64,000 nt of DNA from the NCBI GenBank assembly GCA_037447605.1, contig CM074815.1, positions 2,108,001 through 2,172,000 of the forward strand. The letters run 5' to 3'. The notes below the pieces were generated by a model that was not told the DNA's origin, ran no database searches, and saw only the letters and a program-made list of their open reading frames with translations. This document shows, piece by piece, positions 1-13,405 of this stretch. A program made the position numbers and the translations under genes. The stretch comes from Zygnema circumcarinatum SAG 698-1b. Its lineage: Eukaryota; Plantae; Zygnematophyceae. Position 1 is the first letter of the stretch. Each line of letters opens with the position of its first letter.

Positions 1-3000
1 GGGAGGTAGTGATTTGGAGCTTAACCCATTCTCCTCCTTCTGCTGAGGAGCCGATGCCTCCCATCTACTAGTAACGCGCTCTACATTTTTTCCGGCTTCA
101 TATCTCCGAGACTGCTTTTGGCGTGTTGGTAAGCTCGTTCCTTGAGAGAGGCCCTGTGGAGGGGAGATAGCATCCACATGATTACTATCCTTGGGAGCCT
201 GCGGAGCATCTTCAGCCTCAACTTCAGCAACCGAAGTTTGAATCCTCATTCCTGAATGGGTATGAGATATCCTCAGCCCAGCACTCAGCCCGTTCTCTAA
301 ATTTCGGGTTTCTTCCTCACCATTCCTGCCAACCCCAAGAGGTCCTCGCTCTGGAAACTCTCTGCTCTGCTGTACTTTTCCCCATTTCTGATGGTTCTGC
401 CTCCCAATGCGCCTCTCTCTCCCACCAGGATATCCGTTTTGAAACTCCGACGGCTTCTTCACACCTTCACTTCTTAATCTTCGTGCATCAGTAGCTCCCA
501 CTCCTGTTTTCTCTCCCTTCTCGCCGATCAAGCGCCCAGGCTTACCTACTCCCTCATAATTACTCCTCTGGCCAGAGAATCCATCGTCATCCCCCTCCAT
601 GCGTTCCCTTATTCTGTTTCTCCGCTGCCTTTCATCGAACATGTTCGAAGCTTGCATGTCAAATGGACCTCGACTATGTACTGGAGGTCTCACACGATGA
701 TCCACCTCTCCCACACCGTTCGTAACAAGCGACCGCTCCTCGGGAGGCGTAGCACTCTCACTGCTCTCTCCATGGTGTTGCTCACCATTAGCCTCATCCC
801 TCTCTTCGCTAATCTCTCTCGTACTGGTCTCCACACCCTCAGGAAATAAACCACCATTCACACTAATGGGAATTGCGTTTTCTGAATCCCTGCCAGCTTC
901 ATCACACTCTCCCTCCTTCGCATCCTCCATGAGTGAGAGCTCAGTGTACCTCCCTGAAGGCGCTTCTTCCCCTTCTCCACTCGCGTCCTCCGCTTGGCTT
1001 GTTTCCTCATCTCCCAGCCCCTCTCCCTCTGCACCTACGGCTCTACCTTCGAAAGAGGTTGAAGAGACCTGTTCATCCCACCTTCCCTCAAGCTCTGTTC
1101 CTTCCACAGCCTTTCCACTCACCGTCACGCCATTTTTTGTTTTCACATCCTTGCTGCCTCGTTGCCGCTGCTTCTTTTGACGTTTCTTCTCCAGAAGCTT
1201 TGCTCTCCTGAGCACCACATGCAAAATACAGAACTTTGTATCAGCAACATACAAAGAGCGTTACATCGATTCACCTCCCATTAGTTTCTACGGATACAGG
1301 GAAAGGCGGAGCAAGCATATACTTTTCCTGTGCTGCTTCCTCCTCCTCTACCAAAGCTTGCTGCCGTCGTAGCGCCTCTGCGTCCTTGTCAGCCATCCAT
1401 CGCTGTATCTGCATAATATAAAAATACCTCAAATCGAATCAATCTCTTAGGAATCCCACAGAAAAAAAAAGTGACCTTTTTGCTTTTTAAGGGTACGACT
1501 GAATACTCACGAGTACACACCAGCTTTTTTTGCTGTCAAGCTTCACACAAAAAGCATGTCTCTTTCAACTCCAAAACCAAGGATGAAGCATACCAGTTTG
1601 AACTCCAGGAGGAAGGCAACTGAAGCCACAATGTTGTTGTGCTCCAAGCCGAATTGAGCAGCATGGCTCTGGAAAATGTAACGCTGCACTGCCACTGAAG
1701 TACCCCCTCGAAGGAACGTCTTCTCACTGGCTAAGTCCAGAATCTCGAACACTCGGTCAACTGATACAGGTGAAAGAAGGACCTCGCTCTGAGCCATCTC
1801 CTGAAGCAGCCAAAGAACGTACCACCCAAGATGTTCGGGCAAATGAATCACAGTTTAGGTTCGCATTCAACTCATCCCCAAACTTGCCGTGTACGGATCC
1901 TAGCATAGCAAAATGTACCAGTTATTACAAGTTTGTACTATATCAGCTATGCACGCTAATAAGTAAAGGGTTTACTCTAACCTATATCATAGGAGCTTCC
2001 TGCCTAGTCAATGTAAAACCCTCGCTATGCATGAAGCCTTCCAACCCTGGCTCACAATATGAATGGGGAAACGCCGCACTTCAAATTCTGTGTCTCCTAA
2101 CGAGAGAGTGATTCCTTACCAGGAGAGCAGAGCCCGCTTTGATTCGATCCTGGTAGGCTTGACTGTATCCATTCACGCACACGAATGAGACATGGAGCTC
2201 CAGCTTCAGATGCTCCAATAGCTTATCCAAGCTCGCTATTGCTTCTTTTCCAGCAAGGCCCTGCAGTCAGCAAAAAGCCTCAGTGGTATGCATAAAGCGT
2301 GACAGATTGTCTTTTTAAGAGGTCTGTCAGTTTGATTGAAGTAGACCAATGACATTGACCGATATATCTCCAACATCCAACTATGCTGCTACTCCATAAC
2401 CAGGGCATTGACTTTTACCTCAATCTGTACATCTCCAAGTGAAAGAAGATCGGCCAACTCCTCTGGCTCCAACTGTAACCGCCATCATAAACCATCCAAG
2501 GAAGTCAGTTTACCGGCCTAACAATAGATGAATTCTCCTAACAAACATCCGTATTTCACGTCAAACCTCAAACATGTAAACCTCTTTATCTTTCCTTGCA
2601 TTCATTTATGTGCAGGAGGAAGAAAGAGAAGGTGGCCGCATTCAGTGCACTTGAACAACCTAAATCTCCTCAATCCAGCCGAAGTCAAACCTTCACATCC
2701 ATTTTATGCATACCTTGTTCATAAATTCCGACAGGTTGGGCCTCAATTCTGCATAGTCTTCTTTCCCCCTTTCTGCATTCAATTGCTTCTTATGCATCCT
2801 GATATGCCGCCTGTGATTTAAAGATGACAAAAACGAGCAGTCACACTTTTCACAGTGTTCAAAGCGCACTTGGCGGGGCAGCACTCGGCCCTGTAAAGGC
2901 CATCCAACAACATGATCTGCAACCAACAAACAACCACAAAAAACCATGAGGAAAACTCTTAAGGAAACCCTAAAGGAAATCCCTAATGAGAACACAGAAG

Positions 3001-4568
3001 GTTTGAAAAATCGCACAAACTCCTGCAGCTAAGGCCTAGAGAAACTCCATTATCCTATGATATTTGTTGACCTTCTTTTTACTCTCCTCTTCTGCGTAAA
3101 TCACCTCTGTAATCTTACCGGCCAGGGCCGTGAGAATTATTTAAATGCTGAAGCTATTTGGTTACCATCACTTAGGCATGCATCTGCTGAGCTGGTGGAT
3201 GTTGAGCACAACTGAACTCAATCGTTTGAAACAAACGCACGCATTCTGAAGATCGACTGGGGTAGATTGTAAAGAAAACAATGTTACAGAAGATTTGTAA
3301 GATCAGTCTGTACCGTTTGCTTTGGAAGCAGCCGGTGAGAGAGCAACAACTGCTGCCCTTGAGTGTGAGGGACTCCGATTTCCGAAACCCAAACTCCCGA
3401 AAGCCCCTCCTTCAATAGTAGGCCTGCTTGGCGGGAGCCCTAAAAACGAGTGTAACCCAAACTCATTAATATCTAGCATTTCAATTTCATCCTCATCACG
3501 ACCAAGATTCGGAATAGGTCGCCGAAGCCGCGGGAAAATATGCCTTCCAAGAGAGCTGTATGACTCTAGTGGCTCTGAGATTCCTGCATAGGATGTCTCT
3601 TCTGCCACAGCTGTAAACTGTCCCAGCTTACTCTCAGCCTCCCAATTCTTACTTTGAGAAATCATCTGCTCCACCGGCTCATCCAACTTTCCAGAATTGG
3701 ACCGACTTTTCCCCGTGTCTCTCTTTGATTTTCTTGAATTTACCTCTCCACCTCTCACTTCCGCCGGAGCCGCCTGCCTGCTTTGAAACTCCTTCAATGA
3801 ACCTGCAGCAGCCTTTCCCCCCCCAACATCACCAGTATGTCCACATTCACTACTACTTTGAGCACTCTGCACCATGTTATGTTTCCGTCGCTCAGCTTCT
3901 TCCTCTTCCTGCATAATTAGCTCAGCCTTCCGAGCCTGCTCTTCCGGCGAGTCTACTTCAATCTTCTGCTGAATCCCACCTTCCATCTCTTCCCCACTTC
4001 CATTTTCATGCGAGCCCTCCCTACAGTCATACATTTTTCCTTCAGAAAACATGACCCACCCGACTTTAGGTCTCAGCTTCCAGCTTTCTTCAGAAACCTC
4101 CCCATTACCTGCATTCTTTCGATGTCTTAGATGACTACCACTACTGCCGCCATCTCCCTCTTCACTCTCTCCTCTTTCCCCCTCTCTACTCTTCGCCCTC
4201 TGTGCTTTATTCACACGTAACAGTCCTGCTGTCAAATCCTTTCCAGAACTAGTTCTCGCGTCTGTTTCGCTGCTTATTCGATCCCACCTGTCTTCCCCGC
4301 CCCACTTAATATCCAATACTCGCTGCTCTGACAAACCCGCATACTCTGAAAATCCATTACTTTCTTCAATTATGTTAACTGTGCGCCCGGAATATGAACT
4401 ATCTGCATCTATATCTCGTCTAGTTCCACCCGAGTCCTCGATGCGTGAAAAAGTATCCTGCTCACTTTCTTCCTGCAAACAACCAGCAAAGGCTTCTGTG
4501 AATCGCGAGAGCGAGTGAGAGAGAGAGAGATACATATATATATATAGAGAAAGATGCAGACTCTTCAT
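1..4568 (-). CDS. Plant C2H2-like zinc-finger protein (At4g25610-like family), multi-exon, 3' end beyond left edge
   Basis: Exon ~2925-2705 encodes VVGWPL...CEKCDCSFLSSLNHRRHIRMH (C2H2 finger). Exon ~1410-1305 encodes IQRWMADKDAEALRRQQALVEEEEAAQ. The exon from ~1208 encodes RAKLLEKKRQKKQRQ plus an acidic tail (traced open to ~780, presumably to the edge). Probable start ATG 4568 (ATGAAGA|GT, intron 4561-4496), then a large low-complexity exon 4495-~3314. Family recognised from memory; internal exons are approximate. Confidence 0.75.
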
Positions 4569-6327
4569 TCCCTGTCGGAGGCGCTTTAAAAATGAAAAAT
4601 AACTATCTCAAAGTCAATCTCCATGAAGCAGTTACTGAACCTGCAGATTATCGTGGCTCAATCTGTTCTGTGATGCTGTACAATTACAAAGACAATTGCA
4701 CGAACTCTCCTCTCCATCACTATGCCTCAACTTATATAATCATACCGTTAAAGCTGTTTGAACCCCCTCCTCCTTCCTCCCTCCCCACAATCCCTCTATC
4801 TTGCTAACTCAATCGACCACATCTCCTTCCAAACTTCGCCTCTCTTCAAAGAACACTTGACCTATTGAGGGATTAATGATTAAGCAGAAAAGGGATAAAA
4901 GAGGGGCACATCACACATGAAATCACCTCGCTCAGTTCTCCCATGAAAACCCCTCCTCTGTTATCCAGGGTACTCTCCCTCGAGTCAACATCGCGCTCCT
5001 GCTCCTTCATTGGAAAAGTCTCTCCCTCACAAAGTCTACCTTTCCCTCTCTCTCCCTCACTCCCTCTCACATACACACTACCCTAAAAAATGAATAAATC
5101 TGGTACGCCTATTCGCGGTTTAGCTGTCGTTTTGCCTAAGTAGTGCCCTTCAAAAAACTCTGTTTCATAGCTCCCGGGAACTTGAATTCTAGCCCACTGC
5201 GAACGCTGCGTCCACGCACGCTCTGATCCTTCGATTTGTACTAACCCTGCGTCCTTGTTTCTTCTCCTTTCCTGCAATCTGGTTCAGAAGACATGCACGC
5301 ACGCGCACATTCAGGCTTCCCCCCCAGTCGACTGCAGGAAGAGGCTTTCCGATAGGGCCCAACATTCAAAGAATAAGGAATATGAGAGCCTCTGCTTGCT
5401 TCAATTCATCAAATTACTCGTATATTTCATTTTGTACGTTTAAATAATTCACAAGATTCAACTATGCAGAATATCTGATGTGCGGCATGCCATGTCATGG
5501 GTTTATCACATGCATGAAGACAGGCAGACACATGCATCGAACATGAAAATGACGTTGCACATGTCTGTCAATATGTGAAATGGAAAGGCTCTCCAATTAT
5601 TAAGAGGTTTCAGTACAACTATCACATTTGTTCATAGAAATTGCAGATGCAGATACAGAGAGCTGCAGTTATGAGTGAGTTGTACGCTTTTTCGGAGCTT
5701 AAACTCACGAATATTACGGTCACTTGCTGATAAGATGATGCATGCAGGAAGAGAACGTTCCTTACACGGCTAAAATATATAATATCAACATCATCAACTG
5801 ATGAAAGCTGATTGAATGAAATGCTCTTCCTGCAGAAATAGCACTCGCGCTTTCTTCTCTGCCTTCAAATCAAGAGGAAAAATGCTTCGGCTAGTGATAA
5901 GAGCACGTCATGAGTACCTGCAAAGGACGAGCCGATGGCGTCTGCTTCTCCCTGATCAGAATAGGAGGCGGCAGACGATTCCTCTCAACGGGGATGAGAG
6001 AGGGAGAAGGAGGCGAGAGACAGGGAGAGAAAGGAGAACGACAGAGAGTGGAGGGAAAGAAAGAGAGAGAGAGATAGAGGCAAAGGCTGGAAGGAAGAGA
6101 GGAAGCAGCCCCTGGTGCCTTCCGTCCGCACAAACCGAATTCCAAATTCCGCCAAAAAAAATAGAACAGGACAATGATCAAGCTCTGAAAGTGAAGTCGA
6201 GCGGCGAGGTGGAAGGAGTCTGTGACTCGACCCTCAACATCAACAAGAGACTCTGCGGAGAAATATTCAAGGTAGATAGAGCGTCTGTCCGGGTCTTGCG
6301 TGCGAGAGAGAGGGAGAGAGGCGCGGT

Positions 6328-6361
<34 letters not shown>

Positions 6362-6800
6362 TAGAGGGAGAGAGATGCGAGGGAGAAGAAACTATGGACG
6401 ACTAGGCACAAAAATCTAAGTTCCAAAAATCAGCCTAGGCCCTAGGCCCCTATGACCAAGGGCCTAGGCCTACATGGAGCCTTCCTCGCCCGTGCGAGTC
6501 GATTCTTCCAGACGGCCCTCAACCCGTCCGTACAGTGCGAGGACCGTACCGACAGTTTCGTACACTTTTAAAAGGTACAGTACGGACAAGGAGTGGGTTC
6601 ATGGCCGGCGACCGGGCGAGGGTTTAAAAGGCGAAGCTTCGCGGAAGGGTGTATCGATATGGGCACACACGTGACTTTGTGGAGCGTCGTCGGGGGTACT
6701 TTATGCGCAGAGGGGGAGGGGGTCGATAAAGTCAACGTGGTGTGTTCAAACCAATAGGGCGGCAACCACGAGTCAGTGACGAGTGGCCACAGTAATTGTC

Positions 6801-6969
6801 TGGCAATGGTTGGCTGGGTTCTCCAAACACTGGATGCAACCGTTGGCAATGGCTGGCTGCGCTCGATCAATAGTAACACTGTTGACAATGGTCGGATGAG
6901 TTCTCCAACCAATGGCAGCAACCGTTGGCAATGGTTGGCTGGGTTCTCCAATGGAAGCAACCGTTGGCA
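6801..6969. repeat. Degenerate tandem repeat with GCAACCGTTGGCA x3 and an exact 25-nt duplicate
   Basis: GCAACCGTTGGCA at ~6836, ~6918 and ~6957; TGGCAATGGTTGGCTGGGTTCTCCA at 6801-6825 and 6926-6950. Confidence 0.8.
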
Positions 6970-7626
6970 GTGTTGTCACCCATTGCCGGAAAACCGGTTG
7001 GTCTTTTTATCACCCGCTTGGTGGTCTGCCCATGGCTACTGCGACCACGCCTCTCCTCTCTGGGGAGCGTCAAGATGCTCCTCCTCGGCATGCACTAGTG
7101 GGAGGAGAGAGAGAGAGAAAGAGAGAAAGAGAGAAGGGAGGAAAGGAAAGGGAGTCGACAACGACGATGATGAAAAGATGGAATTTTCAAACAGCTATTA
7201 CAAGCCATTATCATGGCAATCTCTCAAAACCTCTCCTCTAAGGAGAAAAAAAAAAAACGGGGGGGGGGGGGGNNNNNNNNNNGGGGTGGTGGGGGGAGAC
7301 ACCATATTAGCTGAGAAATGCCTGAAACGCTTCCTCTGCTTGCTGCTATTTCTGCTCCCCCAATTCCTCCGCACCCATGTAAACCTTTACACGTGTAATT
7401 CTTTTCAGAAGCAAAATTTAATGTCATTCTAAAGCATCTAACCCTAACATTCTATGTCCGGCCTATTCCCAAATAACAACTGCGAGTCCAAATACAAATT
7501 TATGAGTTCCGATTCACCAAATTACAACGACATCCATTGCCTTTGTCTGTACTTCAATAAAAATCCTTCGGACCAAGGCATGCAGGCTTGCAGTGACCTG
7601 GTCACCTCCCATTACTTTTTACAGGC

Positions 7627-9729
7627 TTACTCCGAATGAGGCTTTGGCAAAAGTGTCTCCAATGATCGCCCATAGCATCGCCCCCAGATCTTCCAAGCCT
7701 GATACATTAGTAGCAGAAGAGTTGCTAGGAGGCCGAAAAGAAGCAGGTCTACATCTAAACCACGTTTAACCATCCAATGCATGCGATCCCCTGGCAAGAT
7801 GAGAAAGTCGCTCCCAACCTCCATGACCTGCTCCACCATGTCTGCAGCTTTTCTAACTCCCCCTTGATACCGCATAAATCTCGACAGCTTCTCTGCCATT
7901 CTCCTGTAAGGACCGCCTTCTCGCTGTGCTCCATTGTTACCATTCAAATCCGCATTTTCACACTCTGCACTTATTCCTCCGTTTACTCTACAGCTTTCGT
8001 TTAGAGAAGGGGGAGAGAGCAGGTTCAGTGCATGTTGGAGGTCTTTCCAAGTGAAGCTCTGCGGATTCAGACTAAGTCCAGCGCCTGAATCGCGCAAGCG
8101 AGCTGCAACTCCGGGCTGGTCTGTTGCAAAAGGGAGGCAAAGTACAGGCATTGCATGATAGAGAGCTTCTTGAAGCCCCCCCACCCCGCAGTGGCCTACA
8201 AAGACATGCACTGAAGGATGTGACAAAATGGTCCGCTGTGGGATCCATGACTCTAGCCGCATTTTTGCGCTTTCATGTACACTATTCTCGTCGATGAAGC
8301 AGCCCTCATGCTCTACAAACTGCCTATTGCTTTCACGGAGAGCCCACAAAACTGGGAAATTAGAAGCCCTGAGACCTTTACAGAGCTCTTTCCCTTGGCG
8401 ATCAGTCAAGTGAACATGAGTTCCCATACTCACAACTACAACATTTCTGTGAGGCCAGCTATCAAGCCACTCCTTCAACCCTGAATGTGCACTCCAAGGA
8501 TCATTACGACGGTCATGACTGTCAGTGCTCTTTCTTTGCGAGCGATCTTGTATCGAAGGTGGAGGCGGATAAATCAGAGGTCCGGTATATACCACGAGTG
8601 GCCCAGTGGGTACCGGGTAGTCGAGACCAAGCACAAGATTGCGAAGTTGAAGTCTTGTAACTCCAGGCGGGTGAAGTAGTCGCGCTTTCACATTTAGCTG
8701 TTTCCCTAAACCTGCATTAAGATCTCTACAAACGAGCCGCTCAATGATAGAATACACATCTAAAACTGACCAGAGCCGGGCCATGCAACGGTCTGCCAAT
8801 GACATTTCAAAAAGACTAACTTTTGTTCCAGTGATTGGATAAGGGAAGGGCGGCAAAGTTTCCTTGACAAAGGACGGAATATTGTACAGAAGGGGAACCT
8901 TAACAAGGTCTGCGAAATATTCAGCCGTCTGCTTCGTGAGAATGCTGTCACCAACGATTACGTCCGGCTTCATTATCCGCCTCTTTGCGGAATTTAGGGT
9001 TACTTGAGCTTTTAAAACATCTAAAACTGTGTCCTCCCCTAACAAATTTTCAGCGGTTAAGTCGGAAGTGTCGTCATCCATGTCCAGAAACTCCAAAGTA
9101 TCTGATAAGGTTTTCAGCATGCAGAGATCCATACCCATCACGTATCGCAAGCCCCTGTATCGCAGCAAAGCAATGTTCGATGTCTGCTTATTTCTCTCAA
9201 GAAGCGCTTTTGAGATGTTCTCTTCGTCCTCTTGCATATTGCCTGCCCTGATGTATACGAGCCCTGTCCCTTCCAACAGCTTGCTAGGCATTTTTTCACT
9301 TACAAAGGGAGAGGCAAGGTACACATGAAATCCACGGTCTCGCAGCTCCTGCCCCAAAGATATGAGCGGAATCAAATGTCCAGAAAATGGCCCTTCGAGA
9401 AGAAGGGCTACCGGAGGCCTCTCCCTTCCTCCTCCCCCATTCTCCTTCTTCCCCTCTGAAAACCGCAGTACATCCTCTCCATGATGAATTTCCTGGGCCC
9501 TACAAGAGAGGCCATTGCTGGCAAGCAGCAGAACAGCCAAGAACCCCAACACTCTAAGCTGGAACGTCGAAGAAATACGGTGAAAGCAGGCCTTGGCGCC
9601 GAGTTTAGAGTTGAGGATGGAGTTGCGCTTCAGATTAGGATGAGAGATGAGGTTGATGCTGCCCTGCGAGTAAGGTTTAGGGTTAGGTCTGGGGAGAGGG
9701 CGTCGGAAGGGGGGCAGAAAGGAGGGCAT
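7627..9729 (-). CDS. UDP-glycosyltransferase (GT1), intronless, with N-terminal hydrophobic segment and C-terminal transmembrane anchor
   Basis: 700-aa ORF. N-terminal catalytic His motif GPFSGHLIPLISLGQELRDRG; UGT signature WIPQRTILSHPSVHVFVGHCGVGGLQEALYHAMPVLCLPFATDQ; hydrophobic segments VLGFLAVLLLAS and LLLFGLLATLLLLM. Confidence 0.93.
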   Translation of the reverse strand: MPSFLPPFRRPLPRPNPKPYSQGSINLISHPNLKRNSILNSKLGAKACFHRISSTFQLRVLGFLAVLLLASNGLSCRAQEIHHGEDVLRFSEGKKENGGGGRERPPVALLLEGPFSGHLIPLISLGQELRDRGFHVYLASPFVSEKMPSKLLEGTGLVYIRAGNMQEDEENISKALLERNKQTSNIALLRYRGLRYVMGMDLCMLKTLSDTLEFLDMDDDTSDLTAENLLGEDTVLDVLKAQVTLNSAKRRIMKPDVIVGDSILTKQTAEYFADLVKVPLLYNIPSFVKETLPPFPYPITGTKVSLFEMSLADRCMARLWSVLDVYSIIERLVCRDLNAGLGKQLNVKARLLHPPGVTRLQLRNLVLGLDYPVPTGPLVVYTGPLIYPPPPSIQDRSQRKSTDSHDRRNDPWSAHSGLKEWLDSWPHRNVVVVSMGTHVHLTDRQGKELCKGLRASNFPVLWALRESNRQFVEHEGCFIDENSVHESAKMRLESWIPQRTILSHPSVHVFVGHCGVGGLQEALYHAMPVLCLPFATDQPGVAARLRDSGAGLSLNPQSFTWKDLQHALNLLSPPSLNESCRVNGGISAECENADLNGNNGAQREGGPYRRMAEKLSRFMRYQGGVRKAADMVEQVMEVGSDFLILPGDRMHWMVKRGLDVDLLLFGLLATLLLLMYQAWKIWGRCYGRSLETLLPKPHSE

Positions 9730-10700
9730 GGCTGCGCAGCGCCCCTCCGTCCCCCCCTTGCGAAGCGCCTGCTGTACGGCGCAGTGCCCTCCTCACAGCT
9801 TTATTTTTGGTTCAATCTAAAATCGAATGCTGTTGAATATGAGTTTTTGGAGTGATCTTAGGAGTTGAATACATGAACTGTTTTTTCGTAGTGCTTTAAA
9901 AACATTCCAATTCAATCAATGGTCCGACAGACTGCACTGAATGTACGCAGTTTCAGTCGTTGGATAGAAGAGTTGGCCAGGTGGTAATTTGTCGTTGTTG
10001 TTGTTGTTGTTGTTGATGGAGAGGGAGAGGGAGAGGGAGAGGGAGAGGGAGAGGGGACATATTCTTCTTTTGTTTCGATGTTTTGATGGTGTTACCCACC
10101 GGCTAAAAAGTCCAGACCAGGCTGCAATAATATACCAATCAGTGTGGCATTTGCTCGCGGCTCGAGCATCACTCTCTTACCAACCAACCAATTCCCAGAC
10201 AGACGAAGGAATGTCGAAGGAGTCAAGGACTACAGAAGTGCGAAATTGACTGCAGTAATGCAGTTGTAAAATCAAAGCCACGCATACGAAACCGGGCGAG
10301 AACAAGACATTAGTGCTTAGAAAGTTCCCAGAAAACGAACAAAACAAACCAGCGGTCAACAGAGAACGCTCAGTTCACCTTATTTCCTACAAAAACGAAA
10401 GGGGGTTAAGCATGACCTGAATTGGCCCCATTCTGCTACACATTTTCCGCAACGGTTCATCTATTCTGCCGCAGCCCGGGAAGGAAAAAACTATTTCTCG
10501 AAAATCATTCTTAAAAAAGAGACAGATTGCCTTGTCTGAACGAGTTCATACAATCCTCACCAAGGTCTCGGACTCGGAGCTCGTTCCAACCTGAACCCAA
10601 AAACCCATCCAATAAAGAGACAGATAAGCAGAGCCCATATTTCCGCAGTGTCAAATTCTGCCTCACAGAACAATAAAACATACTTGACCTAATATCTTAC

Positions 10701-13340
10701 TCATATCGAAGTTACAGCCAGGAGAAACATGGGGTCAATTGTCAGCACCTTTCCAATAAGAGCTGCGTGGGAGTACCCCCTCCTCCGCAGCTCCTCTAAG
10801 CAGTTCTGCGCTGCACTTGCCGGAACTGAAGCAAGGAGTCCTCCGGAGGTCTGCGGGTCGAATAGGAGAGGGTACTTCTCAGATTGCGAGACCTGCATTC
10901 CCACTCCATGAACAGACTTCAGCTTCAATCTAGTTCAGTTTCAGTTAGTTTCGTTCACTTTGAGCGTTTCATAGGACAGCTTTCCATAGACATATATAAC
11001 ATATAACATATATATATAGAGAGACAGAGAAATATATATATATATATATATATAACATAGAGTTGGGCATGATCTAGGAGCCCACCTGTTCCAGATTAGC
11101 TATCGCACGATTAAGACGAACATTATTGGGCTGCATGGAGCTGAAAATCTTCTCCTTCACACATTGCAGGGCGCCTTCCTGCCAAGAATCATTTGGGCCC
11201 CTCAAAAACTATGAATTACTTCCAATGTGATGAAGCCTCTATCCTTCTCCACCTCCCTCTCACTCTCCCTCTCCCTCTTCCTCTCCCTCTCCCTCTCGCG
11301 TCCATAGGGCTTGTGGGGCTCACGAGTAAAGGGACACTCTGCAGGTCGAGCTCAACCTCTCGCTCTGAAGCTTTTGCCATTTCCGCCAAATGACCTGCCC
11401 AGGAATGTTGAACTTCTCTCACTGTGAGTTGACCTAACCAGACTCCTTCAATCAGACTTCACCCCGATTTCTCTCAAATGCGCACACTTTTTGATGAAGA
11501 TTTCCGTGTTAATCAGGTTATATTCATAGAATTCCTGCCGGTTAAAAGCAGATCTGACTTTACGTTTGGCCAGAAAAGAGAGAGAAAACAGAAAGGCTCT
11601 TCGTCGCTGGTTCCGAAATGGTCAAATGAAAGCCCATCAATAAACCCATGAATAGAGTATAAGTATAAGGACAAAGATAAAGGGGAGAAGGGAATGGGTG
11701 GGAGAGGAAACGAAGAGTACTTAAAAATTCCAATAGTAAACCTCACCCAAAAGGCCGAATCCGGTAACATCTGTACAGGCTCTAGCGCCATATTCTTGTA
11801 AAATTTCCGCTCCCATCTGAGACCCAAACAACTCAAATGTCCCAGCATCAATAAATCCTTCGTCTCCCCTCCTTTCTCTTTCTCTGTCTCTCTCACTTCC
11901 CTCTCTCTCCCTACCCTTCCCTAATCCAGCCTCACCTCTTCCCTATCTCCTTCACCCTCTCCTTCTCCATGCGAACCCTCGCGCCTTCCTTCTCCCTCGT
12001 CCTCTCCCTCTCTTGGGGCCGCCCTTCTGACCTGCCTCCTGTTGTCTCTATACTTCTGTACATGCACTTCCTTTCCCCACCTACTCTTCCTTTAACTTTC
12101 CCTCTCTCCCGCCTCTCTCCATTTCATACTTCACTTGCTCCCACCCATCATCACCCACTCTCAACTTCTCCCTTTGCGCCCTCTCCAGCGCCATAGCCAT
12201 AAGAATTTCTGCCCATCGTACAAAGAGGGTACTCCTGGGAAGTGAAAAACAGAAAAAAGAAGAAACAAAATGCAAGGACTATCTCTATCTCTCTCCCCCT
12301 TTCCCTCCCTGTACTCTAAACCATGAAGTTCCTTACTTTTATTTTTACCGCAAAAAACTATGGCCAAAAGAAAGCTTCACCTTGTTCGACTGCAACATCG
12401 ATTCAATCGCTCCGTCTACCCAACGCCCCTGCATAGAACCGCCCCCCCTCCGTAAGTTCCGTAATGAAGAATTCAAACAGGGAAACGGCTCCTTTTCCTC
12501 TCTCACTCTCACAGGAAGTACTTTTAGAGATTCCAGCATGGTGAGTTCAAGATCAAAGGAAAAAAAAAAGAAAAAAAAAAAGAAAAAAAGAAGAAAAAAA
12601 AAAACGAAGAAAAGATCCACAACCAAGATCAACTTGCCACAGGGAGTAAACTTCTTCCTACCTTAGCTTTTCCGCGCATATCGGCAGCAAATAGCGTGCC
12701 TGTTCCTATAGCCTTTGTGACAAGCAGCAAATCCCCCTCCTGCATACCTCCCTGCTCCGGTTCCACCTCCCCACTCACTCTCTCCTTCTTTTACTTTCTC
12801 CAGAAGTTGGATCAGGTTTTGTTGTTTTCTAGGGCTTGTCGGTCTTCTGTATGTGGGTCGGTTTGGTTTTTGTTTGGAGGATTCCACTGAGAATAACACA
12901 ATGAATCATATTGCCAATAATTTTCCTACTTGCTCCCAGCTAACTCTTTAGCTGAGGTGGTCTTCGGGGTGGCCAGATGAGAAGAGAGAGGGAGGAGGGG
13001 AGAAGAAGGGACACAAGTGAGGGAGAGGAAGCGAGAGTGAGAGGGAGAGAGAACTAATCCAAAAGCCACCTTTCTTAAGAGATTTTCCTCTCTCACAGCC
13101 CCATTGACTGCGAAGCCGAGAGCGAGCTCCCCTCCTTCGCTGCTGTGGCCGCCAATGAGAGCGCAGTCGGCCTCTCTCAGAACCTCAGCAGCTCCGGCCA
13201 TCAGCTGGAAGAGCTCGTCTTCTGTCTGGAAGCAGAGAGAGAGAGAGAGAGGGGGGGGGGACGAGAGAGAGAGAGAGAGGGAGAGAGGGGGAGCGAGAGA
13301 GAGGGGGGGAGAGAGAGAGAGAGAGCGAGAGGGAGGGAGA

Positions 13341-13405
<65 letters not shown>

